Shown: positions 9,109-19,522, counted from the stretch's first letter. The stretch: DNA of 64,000 bases from an uncultured Lachnospiraceae bacterium (GCA_947632515.1 CANRPO010000003.1:82065-146064); one strand, 5' to 3'. The notes: a model not told the origin generated them from the letters alone. Translations and numbers: made by a program.

Positions 9109-10290
9109 ATGAAGATTCGAGTAGGCGTATTTTTTGGCGGTAAGAGCGTGGAACACGAGGTGTCCGTCATCTCAGGACTGCAGGCTTACAATTCCTTTGA
9201 CAGGGATAAGTACGAGCCGATACCGATCTATATCACAAAGGAAAACGAACTCTACACGGGAGAGGCGGTGGGCGATATTGCCAATTACAAAAATATCCCG
9301 ACTCTGTTACAGAAAAGCACAAGAGTATTTTTTATGTGCGAACAGGGGCAGTTCCAACTCATTCGGTATCCCGTGAAGAAGATGGGAAATTCCGTCGTGG
9401 CGCAGATCGACGTGGCGTTCCCCGTGGTGCATGGCGCCAACGTGGAGGACGGCTCCCTGCAAGGTTTCCTCCGTCACTACAACATACCCTTTGCGGGCTG
9501 TGATGTGGCGGCGTCGGCGGTGACGATGGATAAGTATGTGATGAAGACTGTGCTCAAAGACAATGACATTCCCGTTCTCGACTGTGTGACGCTGAACGTG
9601 AAGGAGTATGAGCGCGATGAGACGGCGGCATATGAGCGGGCGGAAAACAAGATCGGCTACCCGATGATCGTCAAGCCGGTCAATCTCGGTTCCAGCGTGG
9701 GGATCAAGGTGGCGAAGGACAGGGCGGCGCTGGAGGAGGCATTGGAATACGCTTTCACTTTCGGGCCGAGAGTTCTGATCGAACATGCGATCCTGAATCT
9801 GCGAGAGATCAACTGCGCGGTGCTGGGCGATTACGAACACGCGGAGGCGTCGGAGTGCGAGGAGCCGATCTCCAGCGATGAGATCCTGAGCTATGAGGAT
9901 AAGTATGTGGCGGGCGGCAAGGGCGGTTCCGAGGGGATGCGCACCGCAAAGAGGGAATTGCCTGCGAATCTGACGCCCGAGAAACGGGAGGAGATCCGAC
10001 AGTTGGCGGTCAGGACTTTCCAAGTCTTGAACTGTAACGGCGTGTCAAGGATCGACTTTATGATCGACCGCGACACGGATCGGGTGTATGTGAATGAGAT
10101 CAATCCGATCCCCGGTTCGCTGGCTTTCTATCTGTGGGAGGCGCTTGGCAAGCCGTATGCGGAATTGTTGGACGACATGGTGAATCTTGCGCTCAAGAGA
10201 GAGCGCGAGGAGAAGAGCGTACTGACCTCCTTTGACAGCAATATCTTGCAAAATGCGAATCTGTCGGGAGCGAAGGGAGTCAAGAAATAG
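9109..10290 (+). CDS. ddl: D-alanine--D-alanine ligase family (ATP-grasp)
   Basis: FGGKSVEHEVSVIS, HGANVEDGSLQG, VKPVNLGSSVGI, SYEDKY, RIDF, NEINPIPGS. Confidence 0.88.
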   Translation: MKIRVGVFFGGKSVEHEVSVISGLQAYNSFDRDKYEPIPIYITKENELYTGEAVGDIANYKNIPTLLQKSTRVFFMCEQGQFQLIRYPVKKMGNSVVAQIDVAFPVVHGANVEDGSLQGFLRHYNIPFAGCDVAASAVTMDKYVMKTVLKDNDIPVLDCVTLNVKEYERDETAAYERAENKIGYPMIVKPVNLGSSVGIKVAKDRAALEEALEYAFTFGPRVLIEHAILNLREINCAVLGDYEHAEASECEEPISSDEILSYEDKYVAGGKGGSEGMRTAKRELPANLTPEKREEIRQLAVRTFQVLNCNGVSRIDFMIDRDTDRVYVNEINPIPGSLAFYLWEALGKPYAELLDDMVNLALKREREEKSVLTSFDSNILQNANLSGAKGVKK

Positions 10291-10326
10291 GAAAAATTAT
10301 CCGCGGTTTAATTTCGCTTTTTCGGT

Positions 10327-10355
10327 GCATATAATTTCCTGCTTTACAAATAATA
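10327..10355 (+). promoter_or_regulatory. Putative sigmaG-type forespore promoter of spoVT
   Basis: GCATA-N17-AATAATA; spoVT is a known sigmaG target. Confidence 0.45.
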
Positions 10356-10429
10356 GTAAAAGCATAAGATCATTGAAAAAACAATGGCGCGGCCGGTCGG
10401 CTGCGATTGACGGATGGAGGTTATATGAA

Positions 10430-10972
10430 ATGAAAGCGACAGGTATTGTTAGAAGGATAGATGATCTGGGACGCATCGTGATCCCGAAGGAGATCCGCAG
10501 GACGCTGCGCATTCGGGAGTCGGATCCGCTGGAAATTTTCACCGACAGAGAGGGGGAGATCATCCTCAAGAAATACTCCCCCATCGGGGAGATGGGAACG
10601 TTCGCGAAACAGTACGCGGAGAGCATGGCGCAGGTGTCGGGGCATGTGGCGATGATCTCCGACAGGGACCAGTTTATCGCGGTGGCGGGCGGCATGAAGA
10701 ATATGCTCGGCAAGTCGATCAGCAGGGAGCTGGAGGAGAAGATCAACCACAGGGAGAGCGTCGTGGCGGCGAAGGGAGACCGCAATTTTATCCAGGTCAG
10801 CAACGATCAGGATGATATTAGCCACGAGGCGATCAGCCCGATCATCTGTGAGGGCGACGTGATCGGTTCGGTGATCCTTTTAGAGACAGATCACAAATCC
10901 AAGATGGGTGAGGTGGAGCAGAAACTGATCCAATCTGCGGCCGGATTCTTGGGAAGACAGATGGAACAGTAA
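10430..10972 (+). CDS. spoVT: Stage V sporulation protein T (AbrB + GAF domains)
   Basis: MKATGIVRRIDDLGRIVIPKEIRRTLRIRE...ILKKYSP; AAGFLGRQMEQ end. Confidence 0.96.
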   Translation: MKATGIVRRIDDLGRIVIPKEIRRTLRIRESDPLEIFTDREGEIILKKYSPIGEMGTFAKQYAESMAQVSGHVAMISDRDQFIAVAGGMKNMLGKSISRELEEKINHRESVVAAKGDRNFIQVSNDQDDISHEAISPIICEGDVIGSVILLETDHKSKMGEVEQKLIQSAAGFLGRQMEQ

Positions 10973-10986
10973 CCATGATAGGGCAG

Positions 10987-11020
10987 AGCGGTGCATGAGA
11001 GGTTCATGCGCCGCTTTTTA
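10987..11020 (+). terminator. Terminator after spoVT
   Basis: AGCGGTGCATGA-N5-TCATGCGCCGCT followed by a T run. Confidence 0.75.
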
Positions 11021-11030
11021 TGCGCAATTC

Positions 11031-11044
11031 TTACAAAATTGTAA
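11031..11044. promoter_or_regulatory. Response-regulator binding site (BceR-like inverted repeat)
   Basis: TTACA-AAAT-TGTAA upstream of the RR gene; TACAAT -10 downstream. Confidence 0.7.
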
Positions 11045-11125
11045 TTTGCCATTACGCGGCGCACCGTATACAATGATAGGGAGGGTCTGTGCGGCGGACA
11101 GAATTTCACGGAAAGGAAAGGTTTC

Positions 11126-11809
11126 ATGGACAGAATACTGTTTTTGGAGGATGATCCGAGTCTGATCAGCGGCATGTCGTTCGCATTTCAGAGGGCGGAC
11201 TATGAGGTGGAGATCGCGCGGACCGTCAGGGAGGCGGAAGATAAGTGGACGGCCGGGAAGTACGATCTGCTTATTCTGGACGTATCCTTGCCCGACGGTT
11301 CGGGTTTTGAGATCTGCAAAAAAGTGCGGGTGACTTCGAAAGTGCCGATCATCTTCCTGACAGCGTCCGACGAGGAGATCGACATTATCATGGGGTTGGA
11401 CATGGGGGCGGACGACTATATCACAAAGCCGTTTAAGCTGGGTGTGCTGATGTCCAGGATCAACGCGCTGCTGCGCCGCGCGCGAGACTTTGGAGATTCG
11501 GATACGGAGCTTGTCTCCAATGGGATCAGAGTGTGTCTGCTGCAGGGGCAGGTCTATAAGAACGGAACGCTGATCGACCTCACGGCGGCGGAGTACAAAC
11601 TTCTGTGTCTGTTCATGCGCAATCCCAACGTCATTTTGGCGAAGGAGCATATTTTGGAGAAACTATGGGATGGCGAAGGCAGTTATGTGGATGACAATAC
11701 GCTTACGGTGTATGTCCGCAGACTGCGCATGAAGGTCGAGGATGATCCGGGCAACCCGCAGATGCTTGTCACGATCCGGCGTATGGGCTATAAGTGGAAT
11801 GTGATGTGA
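11126..11809 (+). CDS. OmpR-family response regulator
   Basis: LEDD, LILDVSLPDGSG, GADDYITKPF, winged-helix VYVRRLRMK...TIRRMGY. Confidence 0.95.
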   Translation: MDRILFLEDDPSLISGMSFAFQRADYEVEIARTVREAEDKWTAGKYDLLILDVSLPDGSGFEICKKVRVTSKVPIIFLTASDEEIDIIMGLDMGADDYITKPFKLGVLMSRINALLRRARDFGDSDTELVSNGIRVCLLQGQVYKNGTLIDLTAAEYKLLCLFMRNPNVILAKEHILEKLWDGEGSYVDDNTLTVYVRRLRMKVEDDPGNPQMLVTIRRMGYKWNVM

Positions 11810-11860
11810 GAGAAAGCGGTGTGCGGGCAGTGCCGATCGGTTGCTTTGGAGGTGGATGTC

Positions 11861-12898
11861 ATGAACATATTTGTGGACAGAGAGGTCAGGAGACTGTTTG
11901 CGGTGATAACTGTTGTTATGACCGCGTTTTTTGTGTTGGAAGAACTCGTCATCGGAAGACATTGTGCAAAGGCCGCTATTTTGCTGGCAATTTTTTCCCT
12001 GTTGATGTTTGGCGGCGTGATCGGCATATGTTTCCGCTATTTTTGCGGACAGCACAGGAGACTGGAGGAGGCGGCAGCGGTCGTCGCCGCGTATCTTGAC
12101 GGGGATGAGCAGGCGCGTATCGCCTGCGACGAGGAGGGAGAGATGTACAGGCTGTTTCACGAAGTGAACACGCTGGCGACGGTCCTCGACGCGCATGTGA
12201 AGAAGGAAAAACGCGCCAGAGAATTTCTGAAAAATATCATTTCAGACATCTCTCACCAGCTTAAAACGCCGTTAGCCGCGCTGAATATTTATAATGGCTT
12301 GCTGCAGGATGAGGCACAGGAGCTGCCTGCGGTCCGCGAGTTTGTCACCCTGTCGGAGCAGGAGCTGGACCGCGTTGAGACGCTGGTGCAGAATCTTCTC
12401 AAGATCGCCAAACTCGACGCGGGTTCCATGGTCATGGAAAAAGCGCCCGCAAATGTGGAGGATATGATGAGGGATGTGGAACTGCACTTTACCTATCGCG
12501 CAAAACAGGAGCAGAAGGAGATCATTCTCATCGGAAACGATAATGTCACGCTCCTGTGCGACAGGGACTGGCTGATGGAGGCGGTCAGCAATCTTGTGAA
12601 AAACGCGCTGGATCATACTGCGGCGGGCGGGCATGTGTGGATCTCCTGGAGACAGGCCACGAACCTGATACAGATCACTGTGCAGGACGACGGAGCGGGG
12701 ATCCCGGCGGAGGATATTCACCACATTTTCAAACGGTTTTATCGGAGCCGTTACTCTCAGGAGGTATCCGGCATCGGTCTGGGGCTGCCGCTCGCCAAGG
12801 CGATCGTGGAGGCGCACGACGGGAACATTACAGTGGACAGCGTTCGGGGCAGAGGCAGCACTTTTATCGTGGATTTTTTGTTTCCTACAAATCTGTAA
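11861..12898 (+). CDS. Intramembrane-sensing histidine kinase (2 TM, short loop, HAMP)
   Basis: DISHQLKTPL H-box, NLVKNALDH, DDGAGI, IFKRFY, GIGLGL. Confidence 0.93.
   Translation: MNIFVDREVRRLFAVITVVMTAFFVLEELVIGRHCAKAAILLAIFSLLMFGGVIGICFRYFCGQHRRLEEAAAVVAAYLDGDEQARIACDEEGEMYRLFHEVNTLATVLDAHVKKEKRAREFLKNIISDISHQLKTPLAALNIYNGLLQDEAQELPAVREFVTLSEQELDRVETLVQNLLKIAKLDAGSMVMEKAPANVEDMMRDVELHFTYRAKQEQKEIILIGNDNVTLLCDRDWLMEAVSNLVKNALDHTAAGGHVWISWRQATNLIQITVQDDGAGIPAEDIHHIFKRFYRSRYSQEVSGIGLGLPLAKAIVEAHDGNITVDSVRGRGSTFIVDFLFPTNL
12885..12898. promoter_or_regulatory. Second response-regulator site, upstream of the ABC operon and overlapping the HK stop codon
   Basis: CTACA-AATC-TGTAA; TATACT -10 about 35 bp downstream. 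Confidence 0.65.
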
Positions 12899-13041
12899 GC
12901 TGCGATTCATGAGAGAGTAAGAAATGGAAGTTATACTTGGCCGTATAGAAGACGGTTTCCGCGCGCCGCGCATGGGAGCGAATCTGCAGATCCCGGGGCG
13001 GGGCGGATGCTGTGGAAAATCATGGAATGGAGGACAACGAC

Positions 13042-13725
13042 ATGGATCTATTGGAAGTGAGATCGATCTGTAAGACATACGGCAGCGGGGAGGCCGCCGT
13101 CGAGGCGCTGAAAAATGTGAGTTTTACCGTGCCCAAGGGAGAGTTCGTGGCCGTGGTCGGGGAGTCCGGCTCGGGCAAGAGCACGCTCCTCAATATGATC
13201 GGGGCGCTGGACGTGCCCACGTCCGGCAAGGTGCTGATCGACGGGAAGGATACTTTCTCCATGAAGGACGAACAGCGGACGATTTTCAGACGCCGCAACA
13301 TCGGCTTTATCTTTCAGGCGTTTCATCTCGTGCCGGAGCTGACGGTGGAGCAGAACATTATTTTTCCGATCCTGCTGGATTATCAGAAACCCAATCAAGC
13401 CTATCTGGAGGAGCTTTTGGAGGTGTTGAATTTAAAGGAGCGCAGGCGGCATCTGCCCAGCCAGCTCTCCGGCGGACAGCAGCAGAGGGTGGCGATCGGA
13501 CGCGCGCTGATCACGCGTCCCATGCTGATTCTGGCGGACGAGCCGACGGGCAATCTTGACACCAGGAACAGCAGCGAAGTCATCGCCCTGTTAAAGCAGG
13601 CGTCCAAACGCTATGAACAGACCATCATTATGATTACGCACAACCGCGCAATCGCGTCCACAGCGGACAGGGTGCTGCAGGTCTCGGACGGCGTACTCAC
13701 CGATCTGGGGAGGTGCAGCGAATGA
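13042..13725 (+). CDS. ABC transporter ATP-binding protein (LolD/MacB-like)
   Basis: [34 protein letters not shown]. Confidence 0.95.
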   Translation: MDLLEVRSICKTYGSGEAAVEALKNVSFTVPKGEFVAVVGESGSGKSTLLNMIGALDVPTSGKVLIDGKDTFSMKDEQRTIFRRRNIGFIFQAFHLVPELTVEQNIIFPILLDYQKPNQAYLEELLEVLNLKERRRHLPSQLSGGQQQRVAIGRALITRPMLILADEPTGNLDTRNSSEVIALLKQASKRYEQTIIMITHNRAIASTADRVLQVSDGVLTDLGRCSE

Positions 13726-16052
13726 GAAGTTATCTTAGTCTTGTGCCTGTCTCTGCGCGCGTTCATAGACGTCAAAGCCGTATGACGCGCCTTTGTATCG
13801 TTCTTGCCGTGTTTCTTGTGACGTCGATCTTTTCTATGGTGGAGATGTATACGGATTCAGAAACCACAGCCATGCGTCGCAAGCACGGCGACTGGCATAT
13901 CGCGATTCAAAACCTATCGGAAGATGCAATGAAACAAATCAAAGAAAGTTTTGACATTGCGCTTTCTTCCCGGTATGGCGAGATCCATGCGGATGCGGGG
14001 GAGGGTTATCATATCGGCGGTAAGAACGCCGCCATATACGGTATCGAGGAAACATACGCCGCGAGCATTATGAATTACCCGACGGAGGGCGCTTATCCTC
14101 AGAGTGCAAAGGAGGTTGCCATGAGCGCCGACGCGAAAGAGCTTTTTGGCGTAAAGATCGGTGACGACATTACCTTAAATACCCCTGCGGGAGATCTTAC
14201 ATATACCATTTCCGGATTTTATAAAGATGATACCGAGTTTAACGACATGATTGACGGGATCTGCGTATATATGAACGAAACCGCGTTTCAGAAAGTGTGT
14301 CTGCTGAATGGGGAGCAACCTATATCTCAATTTTACATCCGCTTTCAGAAAGAAAGAGGTCTGAGAAAAACGATCGCAGCCGTGAAACGGCAGTGCGGTC
14401 TGAGCGACGAGGGCGTAACGGAGAATACAGCGGTTTTGGGAACGCTGGGAGCCAGCAGCCGCGAAAGCCTGAACGGACTGTATCAATTGGCGGTCGTCTG
14501 TTTTGTCATCATACTGGCTGCGGGCGTCTTTATGATCTCAAGCTGTATGAACAGCAACGTGGCGCAGAGGACGGGTTTTTACGGTATGCTGCGGTGCGTC
14601 GGCGCGAGCAGGCGGCAGATCATGCGCTTTGTGAGGCTTGAGGCGTTAAACTGGTGTAAAACGGCGGTCCCGACAGGCTGCGCGCTGGGGACTGCGGTCT
14701 GCTGGATATTGTGCGCTGTACTGAAAATCTTTGTGAAAGGCGAATTTGCGGATATGCCGCTTTTGGCGGTGAGTATAAAAGGCATCCTCAGCGGCGCCGC
14801 TGTCGGTGTCGCCACCGTATTGATTGCAGCGCAGGCGCCCGCGAAAAGGGCGGCGGGAGTTTCCCCGGCGGCGGCGGTATCCGGCAATGCGGATCTGCCG
14901 AAACATACTGTCCATGCGGCGAATACAGGGCTGTTCAGGGTGGAGACTTCGCTGGGAATCCGGCACGCCGCCTCGGCAAAGAAAAATCTGCTCCTTATGA
15001 CAGGCTCTTTCGCCCTTATGATCGTGCTGTTTCTGGCGTTTGCCGCCTGCCTTGATCTTGTGCATAAGCTGCTGCCGTCCGTGGAGAGCAAGTTCACGCC
15101 GGATATCGCGATCGCGAGTCAGGATGAGACAAATTCGATTGACAGAAACCTGGAGGAAGAGATTATCCGGACAGCGGGCGTGGAATCGGTTTTTGGCATG
15201 ATGATGCACATAGCATACCCCGTCACGGTCAATGGGAATGAGCGGACGATCGACTTTGTTTCCCATGACAGGACGCTCCTTGACACATTTAAGAAGTCGG
15301 TGATAAGCGGCGATATGGCCAAGGTTTATGAGGACGGGAATTATGCAATGGCAGTGTACAATCAGGACAACCGTCTGAGCGTCGGGGATAAGATCAGGAT
15401 CGGGGATCAGGAGTTGGAGGTCGTCTGTGTCACGTCCGAGGGAGTGGGAAGTGTCAGCGGCGCGCTGGTCGTAGTATGCTCGGAGGAAACCTATATGCGC
15501 CTGACAGGAGAGAGCGGATTTGCCATGGTGGGGGTGGTTTTGGAAAAAGACGCGTCGGAGACGGCGGTAAACAGGATCCGCGAGCTGGCGGGCGATCGTT
15601 TGTTTGAGGATAACCGGGAAGAAAACAGCGAGATCAGCGGCAGCTATTGGGCATTCCGGCTTGCGGCATACGGTTTCCTATCCATCGTTTCACTGATTAC
15701 TGTGCTGAATATCATGAACAGTATCTCCATGAGCGTCTCTGCGAGGATAAAGGAATATGGCGCAATGCGGGCCGTCGGCATGAAGAACCGCCAGGTGACA
15801 AAAATGATAGCGGCAGAGGCGGCGACATACGCCTCCTGCGGCGCGGTCACAGGGATCCTGTTTGGACTTTTGCTGCATTATTTCATTTATGTCAAAGCGA
15901 TCATCAGCCACTTTGGCGGAACGTGGGAAATTCCCGTCACTTCACTGGCGGTCATTTTTCTGCTGCTTTTGGCCTCCTGCGCCGCAGCGGTGTATGCGCC
16001 CGCAAAGCGCATCGCGGCCATGGAGATCACGGAGACGATCAATCAACTGTAG
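13722..16052 (+). CDS. ABC transporter permease with two FtsX domains (paralog 1)
   Basis: N-terminal TM, large extracellular domain, GMLRCVGAS and GAMRAVGM FtsX motifs. Confidence 0.88.
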   Translation: MRSYLSLVPVSARVHRRQSRMTRLCIVLAVFLVTSIFSMVEMYTDSETTAMRRKHGDWHIAIQNLSEDAMKQIKESFDIALSSRYGEIHADAGEGYHIGGKNAAIYGIEETYAASIMNYPTEGAYPQSAKEVAMSADAKELFGVKIGDDITLNTPAGDLTYTISGFYKDDTEFNDMIDGICVYMNETAFQKVCLLNGEQPISQFYIRFQKERGLRKTIAAVKRQCGLSDEGVTENTAVLGTLGASSRESLNGLYQLAVVCFVIILAAGVFMISSCMNSNVAQRTGFYGMLRCVGASRRQIMRFVRLEALNWCKTAVPTGCALGTAVCWILCAVLKIFVKGEFADMPLLAVSIKGILSGAAVGVATVLIAAQAPAKRAAGVSPAAAVSGNADLPKHTVHAANTGLFRVETSLGIRHAASAKKNLLLMTGSFALMIVLFLAFAACLDLVHKLLPSVESKFTPDIAIASQDETNSIDRNLEEEIIRTAGVESVFGMMMHIAYPVTVNGNERTIDFVSHDRTLLDTFKKSVISGDMAKVYEDGNYAMAVYNQDNRLSVGDKIRIGDQELEVVCVTSEGVGSVSGALVVVCSEETYMRLTGESGFAMVGVVLEKDASETAVNRIRELAGDRLFEDNREENSEISGSYWAFRLAAYGFLSIVSLITVLNIMNSISMSVSARIKEYGAMRAVGMKNRQVTKMIAAEAATYASCGAVTGILFGLLLHYFIYVKAIISHFGGTWEIPVTSLAVIFLLLLASCAAAVYAPAKRIAAMEITETINQL

Positions 16053-16076
16053 ACAGAGGCATGGGAGGAATCTTGT

Positions 16077-18446
16077 ATGAAGAACTATTTGGAACTGGCC
16101 GCCATATCGGCGAAGGCGCATCGGAGACAGAACCGCATGTCGATCTTCTGTATCGCGCTGGCGGTGTTTCTGGTGGCGTCGATCTTCGGCATGGCGGACA
16201 TGTTTATCCGCAGTCAGATGCTGCAGACCAGGCTGGAGAACGGCACATGGCACATCGCCGTGACAGATATTACGGATGAGGAGGCGGAGCAGATTGCGCG
16301 GATGGATGGGGTAAAGAGCGTCAGCAGATACGGCGTCACGAACTTCAAGGGCAAAGAGGGGTATACCTTGGGCGGCAAGGACGTCGTTATCTGCGGGATC
16401 GATCCGGGCTATCAGGATATGATGCTGTACAGCGAGGATCAGGGGGCGGAGGGAACGCTCCCGGACAACGATGGGGAGGCGCGCATCGTGCGGAGCGCGG
16501 GAGAGGAGCTGGGCGTCGGGATCGGGGATGTGATCACGATAGAGGGGCCGTATGGGGAGAAACTGCCCTTCACGGTTTCCGGATTCTTCGGCAATATCGA
16601 CAAAACGATGCGGGATGATTCCTACGCGGTGTTCGTCACCACGGAGGCTTACCGGAAGATCTTCGCGCCGAATCTGCAAAGCCACAAGCTGGCGGATTAT
16701 GACAGTCTGCTCTTCGTCCGTTTCGCGCACACGAAGGATATACGCCGCCTGACGGAGACGATCAGGGAGGAGTTTGGTCTGACGGAGGCGCAGACGGTCG
16801 AAAATATGGAACTGTTGGCGTTGTCGGGGCAGAGCGGCAATCAGTTTATCCTGATGATATACGCGTCGGCTGCAGTGCTTTTTGTGCTTGTGCTGGTGGC
16901 GGGCGTCCTGATGATCGCGGCCAGTCTGAACAGCAGCGTGGCGCAGCGCACGGCGTTCTTCGGGCTGCTGCGCTGTACGGGAGCGACGAGCGGACAGGTG
17001 ATGCGGTTGGTGTATCGGGAAGCTCTCGGCTGGTGCCTGTTCGCCGTGCCGTTCGGCATCGGGGCGGGCGTAATTGTGATCTGGATCCTCTGTGCGGTGC
17101 TGCGCGCGCTTTCACCGGAATATTTCTATGCGCTGCCTGTGTTCGGCGTGAGCGTGCCGAGCGTTGTGACGGGGATCCTGGCGGGTGTCCTCACCGTGCT
17201 TTTCGCGGCGAAAGCGCCTGCCAAGCGGGCGGCAGCGGTATCGCCTCTGGCGGCTGTCTCGGGAAACGACGGGCACGAGACGCCTGTGCGCAGGGCGGCG
17301 AATACAAGGCTCTGCAAGGTGCAGACCGCGCTGGGTATCCATCACGCCGGGGCGAGCCGCAAGAATCTGTTTCTGATGGCGGGTTCTTTCGCCTTCAGCA
17401 TCATCCTTTTTCTGTCTTTCTATGTGACGGTGGATTTTATGAGACACGCCATCAACCCGCTGAAACCGTGGACGCCCGACGTCTCCGTGATCGGCCCGGA
17501 CAACACCTGCACCGTGCCGAAGGAATTGGCGCAGGCTCTGGCGGAGAACCCCGCTGTGCTGCGGGCATTCGGCCGCAGTTTCGCCTTCGGCGTTCCGGCG
17601 GGGGATGCAGCGTGGGAAGGGACGGCGGATTTAGTCTCCTATGAGGCGAACCAGTTCGCATGGGCGGAGGAATATCTGGCGGAGGGCTCCATGCAGGCGG
17701 CGCTTGCGGAGGATGACGCGGGGCTGATCGTCTACACGCCGGAGAGTCCGATCAGGGTGGGCGATACGGTGACGCTTACAATAGACGGGACAGAGAGACA
17801 GATCAGGATCGTCGGGCTGCTTTCCGGCAGTCCCTTTGACACCACCGCGGGGACGCAGCGGATCGTCTGCTCGGAGAAGACTTTTCGGCGGATGACCGGA
17901 CAGACCGACTACACCATCATCGACGTTCAGCTGCGCCGGAGCGCGACGGACGAGGATGTGGCAGAGATACGCCGCATGGCGGGAGAGGGCTTTACGTTCT
18001 CAGACAGACGTTTGGGCAACAGGAACGTGCGGGGCGCCTATTACTGTTTCGCGCTGTTCCTCTACGGATTCCTTGCGGTGATCGCTTTTATCACGCTGTT
18101 CAATATCATAAACAGCATTGCCATGAGCGTGTCCGCAAGAATGAAAATGTACGGCGCTTTTCGGGCCATCGGGCTGAGCGTGGGGCAGCTTGCGGGGATG
18201 ATCGTGGCGGAGGCGGCGACCTATACGGTGATTGGCAGTCTGTTTGGGATCGTGTTTGGGATGCTGTGCAACAGGGCACTGTATGATATGCTGGTGACCT
18301 CCCACTGGGGAGACGTGTGGAAACTGCCCCTCGGCGCGCTCTCGGCCATTCTGGGGATCGTCGCGCTGGCTGTTGCGCTGGCGGTGTGGGGACCGATACG
18401 GCTTATCCGGCGCATGTCCGTCGTCGATACGATCAGCGCGCAGTAA
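16077..18446 (+). CDS. ABC transporter permease with two FtsX domains (paralog 2)
   Basis: Collinear with paralog 1 (MKNYLELA..HRRQNRM, GLLRCTGAT, PAKRAAAVSP, GAFRAIGLS). Confidence 0.88.
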   Translation: MKNYLELAAISAKAHRRQNRMSIFCIALAVFLVASIFGMADMFIRSQMLQTRLENGTWHIAVTDITDEEAEQIARMDGVKSVSRYGVTNFKGKEGYTLGGKDVVICGIDPGYQDMMLYSEDQGAEGTLPDNDGEARIVRSAGEELGVGIGDVITIEGPYGEKLPFTVSGFFGNIDKTMRDDSYAVFVTTEAYRKIFAPNLQSHKLADYDSLLFVRFAHTKDIRRLTETIREEFGLTEAQTVENMELLALSGQSGNQFILMIYASAAVLFVLVLVAGVLMIAASLNSSVAQRTAFFGLLRCTGATSGQVMRLVYREALGWCLFAVPFGIGAGVIVIWILCAVLRALSPEYFYALPVFGVSVPSVVTGILAGVLTVLFAAKAPAKRAAAVSPLAAVSGNDGHETPVRRAANTRLCKVQTALGIHHAGASRKNLFLMAGSFAFSIILFLSFYVTVDFMRHAINPLKPWTPDVSVIGPDNTCTVPKELAQALAENPAVLRAFGRSFAFGVPAGDAAWEGTADLVSYEANQFAWAEEYLAEGSMQAALAEDDAGLIVYTPESPIRVGDTVTLTIDGTERQIRIVGLLSGSPFDTTAGTQRIVCSEKTFRRMTGQTDYTIIDVQLRRSATDEDVAEIRRMAGEGFTFSDRRLGNRNVRGAYYCFALFLYGFLAVIAFITLFNIINSIAMSVSARMKMYGAFRAIGLSVGQLAGMIVAEAATYTVIGSLFGIVFGMLCNRALYDMLVTSHWGDVWKLPLGALSAILGIVALAVALAVWGPIRLIRRMSVVDTISAQ

Positions 18447-18465
18447 AGCTCTGCGTCTGCGGGGA

Positions 18466-19353
18466 TCAGTCGCGGAAATATTGGGAGAATTCGCCGTCGT
18501 CGGCGTCGAAGTAGCAGAAACCGACGATGCCGCGCCCTGTGTGTGCGCCGATGGCGCAGCCCACCACGGAGATCATGGTCTTCTGCGGATGAAACGTCTC
18601 CTGTACCATGGCGTTTACAAAATCCAGGGAATCTTGGTCTTCCCCGTGGCAGAGGGCGACCGTGCCGCCCTCTGCGGGGCAGCTGTTTGCCTGAGCGTAT
18701 TCGATGAGGTAGCGCAGCGCTTTCTTGCGGCCGCGGACGGTCTTGACGACGGACAGGGCGCCGATGTCGTTGACGATCAGGACGGGTTTCATGTCCAGAG
18801 TCTCCGCCAGAGTGCCTTTGAATTTGGTGAGCCGTCCGCCCTTGATCAGGTAGGCCAGCGTCTGCACGGTGAATACATGTCTGATGTGATAGATATAATA
18901 TTCGGCGGCGTCTATGAGTTCCTTTTTAGACGCCCCTTTTTCCAGCATAGTGACCAGCTTATCGACCACTAGGCCGAACCCGGCGGAGGCGCACTTGGAG
19001 TCGATGATCGTCAGGTCGAAGTCGGGATATTCCTCGCGCACGTTGGAGAGCGCGATATTGGCAGCGTTGTAGGTTCCGGCGATCCCTGTGGAAAAACACA
19101 GATAGATCACGCTGTCGTCCGCCTTCGCATAGGGCAGGAACGCCTCTGTGAACATGGCCGGGTTGATGTGATAGGTTTTGACATCGCGGTTAATGTCGTC
19201 CAGTATGTGATAGAACTCCTCCGTCTGGATCGTCGCGCCGTCAAAGTAATCCACGTCGTCGATCACCACCGGCGTGGGGATCACATGCAGCTTGTGCCGT
19301 TCGATATAATCCTTCGGCAGATCGCTTGCGGAATCCGTGATAATGCGTAACAT
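18466..19353 (-). CDS. DegV/FakB family fatty-acid-binding protein
   Basis: IITDSASDLP, STGIAGTY, IDSKCASAGFG, YLIKGGR, IGAHTG. Confidence 0.93.
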   Translation of the reverse strand: MLRIITDSASDLPKDYIERHKLHVIPTPVVIDDVDYFDGATIQTEEFYHILDDINRDVKTYHINPAMFTEAFLPYAKADDSVIYLCFSTGIAGTYNAANIALSNVREEYPDFDLTIIDSKCASAGFGLVVDKLVTMLEKGASKKELIDAAEYYIYHIRHVFTVQTLAYLIKGGRLTKFKGTLAETLDMKPVLIVNDIGALSVVKTVRGRKKALRYLIEYAQANSCPAEGGTVALCHGEDQDSLDFVNAMVQETFHPQKTMISVVGCAIGAHTGRGIVGFCYFDADDGEFSQYFRD

Positions 19354-19522
19354 CGAATATCCCTCTTTTTCTCTATTCTCTTCCAATACTCAAAACAGAA
19401 ATGCAGATACGCGGCAACAGCCGGGAGCGTTCCGGGCTGTCTCCTTTCCGCACAGTTCTATCATAGCGAAACCCAAGGGACTTTTCAAGAGAAATCGGGA
19501 GGCAAATTTTCCGTGGCAGGCA

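Noticed and set aside
9109-10290. Vancomycin-resistance (van) ligase interpretation
   Set aside because: No vanH/X/Y/T genes, the omega loop has Tyr, and the nearby TCS has operators pointing to the ABC transporter.
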